In this document: in pieces, positions 1-10,433 of the stretch | How the letters are laid out: each line of letters begins with the position of its first letter | Position numbering within the stretch: the first letter of the stretch is position 1 | Assembly: GCA_019058275.1 (NCBI GenBank) | Contig: JAHLVW010000061.1 | Coordinates: 1 to 64,000, forward strand | DNA: 64,000 nt | Source of the DNA: Candidatus Heimdallarchaeota archaeon | GTDB lineage: Archaea; Asgardarchaeota; Heimdallarchaeia; JABLTI01 | Reading direction: 5' to 3' | Position numbers and translations under genes: made by a program | The notes under the pieces: model-generated | The model's database searches: none | Told to the model about the DNA's origin: nothing | What the model saw: the letters and a program-made list of their open reading frames with translations, nothing else

Positions 1-1035
1 ATTCTATATATTCCATTGAGTAAAATGAATGCTGGGCCATTGATAGCATTAGTAAGAACTACTAGTATTAGCTTCTTATCTTGAATGAGACCAGAACGTG
101 TTATAAAACCAGGATATCCCCCTCCATGTCCAACTAATGAATCAGCTGATAAGTTTACAACACCAAATCCTAAACCTCTATTGGCTGATTTTCCTTTATA
201 TTGTATTCTTTGCATTTCGCGCTTAATATAATCCGGAAAGAGAATATCATTTCTATAGAAATGTGCTTTATAAAATTTGATTAAATCCTCTACTGTACTA
301 CTCAATCCAGTTGCTGGATCCATAATTTTTGCTTGAACATGTTCCACTTTTTCTCGTTGTTTTCCAGGATATTTTATCTTATAACCTGTAGCGTGTTTGG
401 AGATATTTATCTCATTTACATCAGTATAGGTATTTTTCATTTCTAATGGATCTAGTATTTCTTTTTGTATATAATCATTATAGGATTTTCCAGAAACCAC
501 CTCAATTATCTGACCTAACAAAGTAAAACCGAAATTTGAGTATTTCAAAATTTCATTAGTTTCAAAGTAACTAATCCCTTCCATAACTTGATCCATTATT
601 TCTTTTATTTTAAGGGAATTTCTAAGTTGTCCAATGAGCTGTTTTCCCATCTCGAATTACACCACTCGAATGGGTTAGTAAATGACGAATGCGAACCTGT
701 TGTAGATTTTTATCATTTTCTGATCTAAACCATGGTAGATATTTTGAAATTCTATCATCTATTGATAATTTATCTTCATGATATAGTTTCATTATTGCTG
801 TTGCTGTGAATAATTTTGAATGGGAAGCTATACGAAATAAATGTTGATCAGTTAATTTTGTTTTATTTTCTAGTTCAGCATAACCATATTCTTTTTTGAA
901 AATAATCTCATCTTCTACGAAAATTCCGACAGCTATACCGGGAATTTCTTTAATATAAGTTTGAAAATCAAGCCAATTATCAATAAGATGAAGAGCTTAT
1001 TTGACTATATTCTTATCAAATATTTTCTCTTCCAT
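1..1035 (-). pseudogene. Serine hydrolase (class C beta-lactamase-like), disrupted; 3' end runs off the window
   Basis: Manual translation from ATG 1035: FRIASHSK (SxxK), HLLTHSSG, KYSNFG (YxN), HGGGYPGF. In-frame TAA at 999-997 and a frameshift near 610-625. Absent from the ORF track. Confidence 0.85.
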
Positions 1036-1213
1036 TATAAGCACAACTTTTGAAGAATTAATTATTTTTAAAATATATACTATAATAAATGATTTTCAAG
1101 TTCTTAAAAAAGGATTATTAATATTAACAAGCAATTATTCTGAAAAAAATAAAAAAAATTGTTGAATGTATTGGAAAGATTTTCAAGCTAATTGGCATAA
1201 AAATTCATGGTGA

Positions 1214-2221
1214 ATGGATTTGGTAATATTAGTAACAGGTGTTACAGGATTCCTTGGTGGCGTAATTGCTAAGCATTTAATTGATGAAGAAAACATTGCT
1301 CCTAAAAACATTCGATTCTTAGCGCGTAATAAAGAGAAATGTAAAGAATTCCTCAATCTTGGATTAGAACTTCACTATGGTGATTTAGCTATTCCTGATT
1401 CTTTAGAAGGAATCATGAAGGATGTAACCACTATTTATCATAATGCTGCTGTTGTCATCAATGAATCAGTCTCATATGATGTTATGATGAAAATAAACTA
1501 TCGAGGTACAGTAAAGTTAGTTGAAGAATTTCTTAAATCTGAATCTACTTCTAAGTTCAACTTTGCTAGTACTTTCGGTGTTTATGGTTTTAAATTTCCT
1601 AAATATTTTGTTAATGAGGATTTTCCATTATCACCTGCTAATGCTTATCAGGAATCAAAAGTAGAAGCTGAACAATTTCTAATCAAGAAAAATACTGAAC
1701 TAGGTTTAAATGCAACGATTTATCGTTACCCATTAATCCTAGGTCCTAGAGATACACTAACTTCATTGAGACTTTGTCAAGGTTTGAAAGCAAGGAAGAT
1801 TGTCTACATAGGAAAAGCAATGAATGAATTCTCTATGATTGATGCTCGAGATGGAGCTAGAGCAATGGTTACTGGAACAAATAATCCAAAATCAAAAGGT
1901 CAGATCTATAACATCAAAAGCTTTGATATTTCTCAACAAAATTATTTTGATTATTTTGCAGATGCTTTGGGAGTTTCTAGACCAAAGAAAAGATATCCAA
2001 AATGGTTACTAATGACTATCGCTTGGTTTTCAGAGATAGCAACTCCAAGAGGAAAAGAAGTACTCATTACAAGAACAAGGGTTGATCGGTATAGTGAAGT
2101 AAGATTATCTGATGATTCAAAGATTAGAAAGGAACTTGGTTTTAAACCAAAATATACTAATCCAAAAAAAGTAATTGCAGAATCTGTTAAATGGTTAATT
2201 AATAATAATTATTTGAATTGA
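1214..2221 (+). CDS. NAD-dependent epimerase/dehydratase (extended SDR, 3-beta-HSD-like)
   Basis: TGVTGFLG, HNAA, YQESK (YxxxK). Confidence 0.9.
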   Translation: MDLVILVTGVTGFLGGVIAKHLIDEENIAPKNIRFLARNKEKCKEFLNLGLELHYGDLAIPDSLEGIMKDVTTIYHNAAVVINESVSYDVMMKINYRGTVKLVEEFLKSESTSKFNFASTFGVYGFKFPKYFVNEDFPLSPANAYQESKVEAEQFLIKKNTELGLNATIYRYPLILGPRDTLTSLRLCQGLKARKIVYIGKAMNEFSMIDARDGARAMVTGTNNPKSKGQIYNIKSFDISQQNYFDYFADALGVSRPKKRYPKWLLMTIAWFSEIATPRGKEVLITRTRVDRYSEVRLSDDSKIRKELGFKPKYTNPKKVIAESVKWLINNNYLN

Positions 2222-2230
2222 GGATATATT

Positions 2231-3049
2231 ATGAATAAACAGAAAAAAAGCTTCTTTTCTTCTTGGAAAAATAAACAAAGTGCTTTGATAACAGGAGCTT
2301 CTAGTGGAATAGGAGCAGTTTTTGCTCAAGAACTTGCTAAAGAAGGTTTTAAAATTGTCTTAACAGCAAGAAGAAAGGATAGATTAGAGGAATTAGCTAA
2401 AAAAATTGAGAAAGAGACAAAAGCTATTACTGAAATAATTATAGCGGATTTAGCAAATGAAAAAGATCGACAAAAGATTGTGACAAGAATTAATGGGAAC
2501 AATGACATTGAAATTTTAATCAATAATGCAGGTTTTGGAGTTAGAGGAAGGTTTTACCTAAATAATATTGAGAAGTATCAAGAGATGATGTTAGTTCATA
2601 ACACTGCTCCAGTAGAATTTTGTAGAGCTGTATTACCTAGTATGATTAAGAGAAGTAGAGGTATAATAATTAATGTCTCTTCGATGGCATCTCTTTTGAA
2701 GAATCCTCGAGCGGGTATCTATAGTGGAAGTAAATCATTTTTGAATGTGTTCAGTGACGCTTTATCATCTGAATTAAAGGAATTTGGTATTAAAGTACAA
2801 TCGTTATGTCCAGGAATGACAGTATCTGAATTTCATTCTGTTAGAGATTATGTTGATTGGGACCATACTCGAATACCCAAGAGATTATGGATGTCCTCTG
2901 AAGAAGTAGTAGAAGAATCATTGATTGCTTTGTATGGTAAGAAAATAATTGTAATTCCTGGAAGAAAAAATAAAAGATATTTGTGGTTATGGAATAGACC
3001 TTTTCTGCGAAAATTAATTTTGTGGATGCTTGGAAGAAAAAACATATGA
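2231..3049 (+). CDS. Classical SDR oxidoreductase
   Basis: TGASSGIG, INNAGFG, YSGSK. Confidence 0.92.
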   Translation: MNKQKKSFFSSWKNKQSALITGASSGIGAVFAQELAKEGFKIVLTARRKDRLEELAKKIEKETKAITEIIIADLANEKDRQKIVTRINGNNDIEILINNAGFGVRGRFYLNNIEKYQEMMLVHNTAPVEFCRAVLPSMIKRSRGIIINVSSMASLLKNPRAGIYSGSKSFLNVFSDALSSELKEFGIKVQSLCPGMTVSEFHSVRDYVDWDHTRIPKRLWMSSEEVVEESLIALYGKKIIVIPGRKNKRYLWLWNRPFLRKLILWMLGRKNI

Positions 3050-3063
3050 GAAAATGGTAAAAA

Positions 3064-3086
3064 CTCTCTTTATTTAATAAAGAGAG
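3064..3086. terminator. Inverted repeat between convergent genes
   Basis: CTCTCTTTATT-T-AATAAAGAGAG. Confidence 0.45.
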
Positions 3087-3113
3087 GAAGAAATAGAGAT
3101 TTAGAATTCTCTA

Positions 3114-3692
3114 TTAAGCAAAACTTAATTCTACAACACTTTTAACGCATCTTTGACCATTAAATGGATAGTCTTCTGTTGAACCTACTATAAGATATAA
3201 GTAACCAATTCCATCTTCCAAATAACTAGTTAAATATTCGTAATTCTTTTCATAAGCTAGAATATAGGAATCATTTCCAAGAAGCTCTGAAATAGAAAAC
3301 TTCCAAGAATAGCCATCCCATGCGATAAAAGTAACATTTTCAGCTGTAGGATCAATGTCAATTACTTCTGTGAACAGATGAGTCAATTGTACACCTTTGT
3401 AAACATCAGTATTGTTAGTTTTTGATCTAATAGTATATTCTTGTTCTAGTGAAGGCATTTCAAATAATTCATCCAGTGTAATATTAAAATCATTACCAAC
3501 AATATTACCACTTATCTTGAAAGACCAACTTGGTTCTTGATGAGGTACTTCATTAAGATTTTTGACACCTAACCATATGCCTACACCTGTTCCCGTAAGT
3601 ATTAATGCACTCGCAACAGAAACGAAAATAATTGTTGTTAATTTAACAGTTTTTTCAGCCATCGTTCTCAACCAATAATTAATAAATCTCAA
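3114..3692 (-). CDS. Membrane-anchored protein with a molybdopterin-oxidoreductase-like domain
   Basis: N-terminal TM helix; ITLDELFEMP, YKGVQL, FIAWDGY, ILAYEKN, VKSVVEL pattern. Likely start is ATG 3663. Confidence 0.65.
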   Translation of the reverse strand: MRFINYWLRTMAEKTVKLTTIIFVSVASALILTGTGVGIWLGVKNLNEVPHQEPSWSFKISGNIVGNDFNITLDELFEMPSLEQEYTIRSKTNNTDVYKGVQLTHLFTEVIDIDPTAENVTFIAWDGYSWKFSISELLGNDSYILAYEKNYEYLTSYLEDGIGYLYLIVGSTEDYPFNGQRCVKSVVELSFA

Positions 3693-3768
3693 ATGTGGTT
3701 TACGTCATGTCCCAAGAAACATTTCGATAAAAACCTTTCTCTCACTATCAATTTAAGAGGTAGAAGAT

Positions 3769-5526
3769 GTGAGTTCACTAAAAAATTCGAAAAAAATAAC
3801 TACGTTTTTCTTATTTCAGATATTAATTGTAACTTTTATCTTTGTTAATTTTACAAATTCCAAGAAAATAGATATTTACAATTCCTTTGATAGAGAAAGA
3901 TACGAAGGGACATTTGTTTGGTCAACTGCACAGGTCATTTCGAATGAAAGTAGTTTAATGTCAATTAGACCTGTAATTACTACTGATCCTTTTGATAATG
4001 TTCATATCGTTTGGCAAGATATGACAGATTTAGGGGGAATAGGAACAGATGATGATATTTTTTACAAAATTTTGAATGCAACAACACATGCTTGGTCAAT
4101 TATTACTGTTCTATCGCCTTCAGGCATGGAACCATCTGTAGGGCCAGAAATTACTGCAGATGGACTAGGTAATGTGCATGTAATTTGGCGTGATAAAACA
4201 GATATATTAGGCGCTGGGAGTGATACTGATATATTTTACTATCATTGGAATAAAACAACAGATTCATAGAGCTCAATAGAATTAGTTTCCAATCAAAGTA
4301 CTGGTAATGTTTATTGGTCTAGTTTAGATGCAAAGGAAGGCATTGTTTATGTTGCTTGGCAGGATGCCACAAATTATCTCGGAAACGGTGCTGATGAAGA
4401 TGTTTTAGTTTCAAAACGAGATATTAGTGGAATATGGATTCCTGCAGAAACTGTTTCCACTGAAGGAAGTACTATATCTAGTTTTCTGGATATTAAAATT
4501 GATGATTATCATAATATTCATGTTTGTTGGGATGATGCTACAAACTTTGATAACTCAGGAATAGATCGAGATATATTCTATCGTTTTAAGAATGGAACAA
4601 CAGATATTTGGTCTCCAATTGAAGTTATCTCAAGCAGTAGTGATTTAGCATCTGATCGACCTGTAATAATCATTAGTTCAAATGGTGATCGATTCATCTC
4701 ATGGATGGATAGCTCAAATATTCTTGGTGCAGGAATAGATTCCGATATTTTCTATCGTAAATGGGATGCAACATCAAGAGATTGGTCAAATGTTGAACTT
4801 CTCTCTTCTAAAAGTTCTGGTGAATCAAATATTCCTTATCTAGTATTAGATTCATTCGAAAACATCCATGCATTTTGGTTTGATACTACTGATTTTGATA
4901 ATGCTGGAATTGACCAAGATATTTTCTACAGATATTGGTATAGCAGTGCAGATGTATGGAGTGAATATACAGTAATTTCTGATGATCAAACAAATGATTC
5001 TTGACGACCAGAAGTAGATATTGATTCACAGAATATAATTCATGTTGCTTGGCATGATCGAACTATAAATTATGGTGGTTCGGGAAGTGATGTGGATATT
5101 TTATATTCAAAAGGTCCAATTCCAAAAGCATCACCCTATCTTACAATAACAGATAGACCTTTAGATGAAGTTTTTATCTCTGGGTCTACAGGCAACTATT
5201 TGTCTTGAGCGGTTTCAGATAGAAACGTTTCATCAACAAGTTATGCAATTTATCAAGATAATATTATAAATGCAACAGGTTCTTGGATAACAGATATGCC
5301 AATCAATATTTCAATTAATAATTTAGAAGTTGGAAATTACACTTTTCTTTTTGAAGCTTCAGATGGTTGGGGAGAAGAAGTGATTGATGAAGTTTTAGTT
5401 GTTAGTCAAAAAACAAATCATTGGCTTGATAATCTGTTTAAAAGCCTATTGGGTTTAGGTATAGCTACAAGTGTAGTTCTTATTTCTGTAATAATTGTGT
5501 ATATAATAAAAAGGAAGAATAGGTAA
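3769..5526 (+). pseudogene. Surface protein: signal peptide, seven ~60-aa repeats (probable beta-propeller), Ig-like domain, C-terminal TM; three in-frame stops
   Basis: ORFs 3769, 4705 and 5296 share one frame. Repeat consensus P.I..D...N.H..W.D.....G.G.D.DIFY........WS. Stops: TAG 4267, TGA 5002, TGA 5206. Confidence 0.85.
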
Positions 5527-5591
5527 AAGTTAATTCCTATTCATTAGTCTTATGTGAACAAAAAAAAGAGGAAAATAAATTGAATAAATAT

Positions 5592-6089
5592 CTATTTTAG
5601 ATATTTATTCAATGATTCACCGAATTTCTTAGCTTGTTGAAGTTCTTCTTCATTCGGATGTCCTTTATCCATTGTACCGGGACCAAAACGGAAGAAACGA
5701 AATGTACCAGGGATGGCAAGTCTTTCTTTTGCTATTTTTGCTCCTTTATCTTCGAGTGCTTTTTGCATTAATTCAAAAACCAAATCTTTGATAATACCTG
5801 CTTCTGGTCCTTGACCTAATGGAGGATTATCAGGACCTCCTGCACAAATAAACATAACTGCATTCTTACCTTTCAATTGCTCAGGATCTAGCTTTGAAAT
5901 CTTTTTCTTCCAATGGGGACTTGGATTACCTGCAAGTACCCAGGTACCAAGAACAATTAGATCATAGTCTTTTAAATCAGGCATTTTTTTGTACTGCACT
6001 AATTCTGCACCCAAACCCTCAGCAATATTAATTGCAACTTTCTTGGTGTTTCCACCACGTGAATTATAAATAACAATTGATTTAGTCAT
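5592..6089 (-). CDS. Flavodoxin-like protein
   Basis: YNSRGGNTKKVA phosphate loop and C-terminal HPNEEEL..A..FG. ATG 6089 preferred as start. Confidence 0.88.
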   Translation of the reverse strand: MTKSIVIYNSRGGNTKKVAINIAEGLGAELVQYKKMPDLKDYDLIVLGTWVLAGNPSPHWKKKISKLDPEQLKGKNAVMFICAGGPDNPPLGQGPEAGIIKDLVFELMQKALEDKGAKIAKERLAIPGTFRFFRFGPGTMDKGHPNEEELQQAKKFGESLNKYLK

Positions 6090-6158
6090 AATAGACAACT
6101 CATTTGATTGTTGGTTATTTAGGTAATAAAAGGTTATCAATCTTTTAGAATGATTTAA

Positions 6159-7496
6159 TCAGGAACATATTCTCATATGTGCAATAAAAAATCCGTTAGA
6201 ATCATGTATATGGGGAAATAATCTTCTAACTTTATCAGAACACTTGAAATTCTGGTAACCTTTTTCCCCTATCTTTGGACCATCTAATAATTCTATTTTA
6301 TGACGTTCCATCATCGAATCAATTTGACTCTCACCTTCATGAGGAAGTATTGAACAAGTTGCATAAAGAATCTCTGTACCAGGTTTGTCTGCGTATCTAT
6401 AGATTATGCCATTTAAGATTTTGTTCTGAATGGTCATAATGGAAAAAAGCCATTTCTTATTTAATCGCCATTTATAAGAGGGATGACTTTGAAGAATACC
6501 AGTTGATGTGCATGGAGCATCTATTAGGATTTTTTCAGCTTTAATAACTGAAGTTCTCGAGGCATCAGTGTGAACCCAATCTATTTGATGATGTCCATAT
6601 TTTTGAAAACGTTGTTGAGCACCTCGCAATCGTTGATAGCTAATGTCACTTGCTACCAAACGCCCTTGACCTTTCATTAATTCCCAGATAAGATGTGTTT
6701 TCATACCTGGAGCTGCACAGGCATCCCAAATGTATTCACCAGGTTTAGGATCGAGTGTTGTTACAGCTAGAACACTTGATTTATCTTGAATAAATACATC
6801 TCCATTTTTGAAAGCATCAGTACCAACTAGCGTTTTCAAACCATCTACAACAAGATAAAGGAAAGGAAAATATTTGTCTTGCTTCAGAATTATGTCTTTG
6901 TCTTTTAATGAAGCTAAAATAGCATCTGGGTCAGAGATTAACTGGTTAACCCTCATATATGATGATGCAGGAGAATTATTTTTTTTCATAAGTGAAATTG
7001 TTTTTTGATAACCTAAATTTTCAGCTAGAGTTTTTATTAGAAAAGTTGGATGCGAATAAAGAATGCTGTTCTTTCCATCTTGATTCATAGACTTTATAAT
7101 GGTCTCAAGATTGATGTCAATTGCTCTTCTTAATATTTCCATGTTCTCTTTCGTTTTAACAAATGATTCTAGGTTTTGAATAGAAGTCTTATGCCATCGT
7201 CCCTCAAAAAGTGCTACTCGAAGACATTGCTTATCAATTTGCTCTTTATCCTTTATAGATCCATCAGAGATACTTCGACTTAAGAGAAAATCTATTGTGT
7301 TCTGATATCGAACAATACCTATCGCTAATGATTGGATTGCTGCAGCTATTTCATCAGTAAAAGATTGCTTATCAAAATGATGACGTAAAACATCACGTAA
7401 AGATTGTAAAGAAGTATCATACTGAATTAAAACTTTGATAACTTCTTTACGAGAAACTGATTTAATTTTGCTAGTTAAGTTCGTCACATCATTCAA
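6159..7496 (-). CDS. rsmB: RsmB/NOP2-family RNA m5C methyltransferase
   Basis: QDKSS, DACAAPGMKT, DAPCTSTG, YATCSI, FPH...GFF. Confidence 0.88.
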   Translation of the reverse strand: MNDVTNLTSKIKSVSRKEVIKVLIQYDTSLQSLRDVLRHHFDKQSFTDEIAAAIQSLAIGIVRYQNTIDFLLSRSISDGSIKDKEQIDKQCLRVALFEGRWHKTSIQNLESFVKTKENMEILRRAIDINLETIIKSMNQDGKNSILYSHPTFLIKTLAENLGYQKTISLMKKNNSPASSYMRVNQLISDPDAILASLKDKDIILKQDKYFPFLYLVVDGLKTLVGTDAFKNGDVFIQDKSSVLAVTTLDPKPGEYIWDACAAPGMKTHLIWELMKGQGRLVASDISYQRLRGAQQRFQKYGHHQIDWVHTDASRTSVIKAEKILIDAPCTSTGILQSHPSYKWRLNKKWLFSIMTIQNKILNGIIYRYADKPGTEILYATCSILPHEGESQIDSMMERHKIELLDGPKIGEKGYQNFKCSDKVRRLFPHIHDSNGFFIAHMRICS

Positions 7497-7584
7497 GCTC
7501 TATATTTGATCTGGTTTTAATTACTAATATCAAATTCATCTTAATTTCTAAAGATGTTTTGGAAAGAAAAAAACCAAAAAATAT

Positions 7585-7693
7585 CTATTATAGATATTTC
7601 TTCAAAGATTCACCAAATTTCTTGGCTTATTGAAGTTCTTCTTCAGTAGGATGACCTTTGTGTATTGAACCAGGACCCCAACGAATTAATTTA
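7585..7693 (-). pseudogene. Orphan 3' remnant of a flavodoxin gene; direct repeat of ~10702-10813
   Basis: Translates KLIRWGPGSIHKGHPTEEELQ*AKKFGESLKKYL*. Shares TGACCTTTGTGTATTGAACCAG and CTTCAAAGATTCACCAAATT with the other copy. Confidence 0.85.
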
Positions 7694-7833
7694 ATAACAC
7701 TATGTTCCAAATACAAAAAACATAGTTTTTTGAAGAGGTTAATTCTATTAAGAAAAATGTTCTTTTTTTATTATTTTTTAATGAATTTAATTAATAGCAA
7801 ATAATGAGAATCTATACTTAAAGAAGGAATTCT

Positions 7834-8085
7834 ATGTCAGTTGATTCAAAGAATGTAATTAAAGTTGATTGTCTTGGCGAAACCTGCCCAATGCCTTTAG
7901 TTGAAACTAGGAAAGCTATACGAAAAGCTTCACCTGGTGATATTATTGAGGTAATTGGTAATCATGAGTCTTCAAAAAAAGAGATACCTATGGCTGTTGA
8001 AGCACTTGGATTAGAACTTTTAGGTATTGAAGAAAAAAAGGGCAATTGGTTAATTCGAATTAAAATTCCTGAGGAGAAGAGCTAA
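7834..8085 (+). CDS. tusA: TusA/SirA-family sulfur carrier
   Basis: VDCLGETCPMP (CPxP motif), 83 aa. Confidence 0.92.
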   Translation: MSVDSKNVIKVDCLGETCPMPLVETRKAIRKASPGDIIEVIGNHESSKKEIPMAVEALGLELLGIEEKKGNWLIRIKIPEEKS

Positions 8086-8087
8086 TC

Positions 8088-8507
8088 ATGACAGAAAAAG
8101 CTACGATAATTGTTCACAGTGGTGATTTTGATAAAATATATAGTGCACTTATAATTGGAAATGGAGCTCTAGCAATGGGTATGGATGTCTCTTTATATTT
8201 CACTTTTTTTGGACTAGAGAGACTGAAAAAGGGTGCATTGAACAAAGGAAAACTCTCAAGGATGCATTTTCTTGGTTTAGGTAAGTGGATGATTAAACGA
8301 AAAATGAAGAAAGTTAATGTTCGCTCCTTAGAAGGCTTATTATCTGATTTTGTTGAATTGGGAGGAAAGATATTAGCATGTGATATGACCATGGAAATAA
8401 TGGGTATAAAGAAAGAAGACCTAAGAGATGAAGTCATTACTGATTATTGTTCTGTAGGAACTTATGTTAAAGAAGCAAAAGAATCAGATTTAACGCTGTT
8501 TATCTAA
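8088..8507 (+). CDS. DsrE/DrsE2-family sulfur carrier
   Basis: YFTFFGL, ACDMTMEIMG, C-terminal TLFI. Confidence 0.9.
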   Translation: MTEKATIIVHSGDFDKIYSALIIGNGALAMGMDVSLYFTFFGLERLKKGALNKGKLSRMHFLGLGKWMIKRKMKKVNVRSLEGLLSDFVELGGKILACDMTMEIMGIKKEDLRDEVITDYCSVGTYVKEAKESDLTLFI

Positions 8508-8519
8508 TGAGTTGATAAA

Positions 8520-9692
8520 ATGAATAAGAAATTAATTTATATGGATAATGCTGCAAGCTCTCGACTTGATGAGAGAGTTTTGGAAGCAATGAAACCCTAC
8601 TATTTTGATACTTATGCTGTTGCCACTTCTGAATTTGCTTATACTCTTGGTATTTTGTCTAGAGAAGGATTAGATGAAGCAAGAAAGAAGATTGCATTGA
8701 AACTAGGAGGAACAGAAGAAGAATTAATCTTTACATCAGGTAGCACAGAATCAAGTAATTTAGCAATAAAAGGAGTTGTGAAGGCAAAACAAAAAGAGGG
8801 AAACCATATAATCGTTTCAAAAATTGAAGATTTTCCAGTTTTGAATAGTACTAAAGCTTTGGAAAGAGAAGGATTAAAGGTTACATATTTGGATGTAGAT
8901 AAAGATGGAATAATTGATCTAGAACAATTAAAAGAATCCATAGATAAAAATACAATTCTAATCTCAATCCAGCATGCAAATCAAGAAATTGGAACAATTC
9001 AGGATATTAAAGCTATTTCAGAAATTAGTCAAGATAAAAACATTCTATTTCATACTGATGCTACTCATGTTTTCACAAGATTACCAATTAATGTGAGAAA
9101 AATACCAGTAGATCTAGTAACTATTTCAGCGCATACTCTAAATGGTCCAAGAGGAATTGGAGCATTATATATCAAAAAAGATACTCCAATTAAGAAACAT
9201 ATGGATGGAGGATTTCAAGAGAATAATATGCGAGCTGGTGTTGAAAATATTCCAGGAGCAGTTGGTTTCGCAAAAGCAGTTGAATTAGTTGTAAAAGAAG
9301 AAACTGATAAAATAAAAAATATAAGAGATAATCTAATAGATAAAATACTAAAAGAAGTACCTGATACTGACCTAAATGGTCATCGAATAAAGAGAATTCC
9401 ACAAAATGCAAATATTACATTTCATTATGTAGAAGGAGAGTCAATTACTTTACATCTTGATATGAATGGAATAGCTGTGAGTACAGGTTCTGCTTGTTTT
9501 AGTAGGTCTTTAGAAGCAAGTCATGTAATTTTAGGTATTGGAGGGGACCATGAACAAGCACATGGTTCAGTACGATTTACTTTTGGTCGATTTAATGATA
9601 TGAATGAAGTAAATACTGTTGTCAAGGTTATTTCTGATGTAGTGAAAAGATTAAGAGAAATTAGTCCTCTTTACAAGAAAAACAAGGAGTAA
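8520..9692 (+). CDS. iscS: IscS/NifS-like protein with degenerate PLP site (probably not a cysteine desulfurase)
   Basis: YMDNAA, FTSGSTESSN, ANQEIGTIQ and STGSAC are retained. SAHT replaces SxHK, EDF replaces EHx, DATH replaces DAxQ. Confidence 0.9.
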   Translation: MNKKLIYMDNAASSRLDERVLEAMKPYYFDTYAVATSEFAYTLGILSREGLDEARKKIALKLGGTEEELIFTSGSTESSNLAIKGVVKAKQKEGNHIIVSKIEDFPVLNSTKALEREGLKVTYLDVDKDGIIDLEQLKESIDKNTILISIQHANQEIGTIQDIKAISEISQDKNILFHTDATHVFTRLPINVRKIPVDLVTISAHTLNGPRGIGALYIKKDTPIKKHMDGGFQENNMRAGVENIPGAVGFAKAVELVVKEETDKIKNIRDNLIDKILKEVPDTDLNGHRIKRIPQNANITFHYVEGESITLHLDMNGIAVSTGSACFSRSLEASHVILGIGGDHEQAHGSVRFTFGRFNDMNEVNTVVKVISDVVKRLREISPLYKKNKE

Positions 9693-10345
9693 TGAAAAGA
9701 ATGAGATTACCATATAGTGAAAAAGTTTTAGATCATTTCAAGAATCCAAGAAACGTTGGTGAAATTGAAGATCCTGATGGAAAAGCAGTAGAAGGGAGTC
9801 CTGCATGTGGAGATATGGTTCAACTAACACTTAAAGTGGATGAAAAAACAAGGAAAATTACAGATATCAAATTTAAAAGCTATGGTTGTGCATCAAATAT
9901 AGCAACTGGGTCCATCATTACAGAAATTGCAAAAGGGAAAACAATTGATGAAGCTAAAAAGATATCATGGAAAACTGCTTCTGAGGAATTAGGTGGTTTA
10001 CCAGCAGTAAAAGCTCATTGCTCTGTACTTGCAGTTTCTTCTCTTCGAGAAGCTATTAGAAATTATGAAGAAAAACAGGGAATTGTAAAAGACCCTGAAC
10101 CTACAAATGAAAAAGTAGTAAAGCGTCGTTTAAGTCATGTTATGAACCCATTAACAGGATTAGATGTAATTCGAACAAATCTAATTACAGATATCAAAAT
10201 AACAAATGGTGAGAAGAAAACCATAGAAGTGTCAGTTGATTTAACAGAAGATCACCAATATGCTAATAATGTAAAAGAAGAAATAAAAGAAAAACTCGAA
10301 TATCGACATGATGTAGAAAAGGTAATTGTTAGATTTAAAGAATAA
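9692..10345 (+). CDS. iscU: IscU/NifU scaffold with C-terminal DUF59/MIP18-like domain
   Basis: YSEKVLDHFKNPRNVG, ACGD, YGCAS, LPAVKAHC, plus an ~80-aa extension. Confidence 0.92.
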   Translation: MKRMRLPYSEKVLDHFKNPRNVGEIEDPDGKAVEGSPACGDMVQLTLKVDEKTRKITDIKFKSYGCASNIATGSIITEIAKGKTIDEAKKISWKTASEELGGLPAVKAHCSVLAVSSLREAIRNYEEKQGIVKDPEPTNEKVVKRRLSHVMNPLTGLDVIRTNLITDIKITNGEKKTIEVSVDLTEDHQYANNVKEEIKEKLEYRHDVEKVIVRFKE

Positions 10346-10433
10346 TTTCTTTTTTGCTTTTAATTTTCTTACAATATATTTATCATTCAGAATATTGTTA
10401 AGCGAATAGGCTGTTCTTTGTGATGAATATAAT

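Noticed and set aside
3900-5110. CRISPR array or DGR template/variable repeats
   Set aside because: The repeats are conserved at protein level only (~180-nt period). There are no identical DNA repeats, cas genes or reverse transcriptase in the window.
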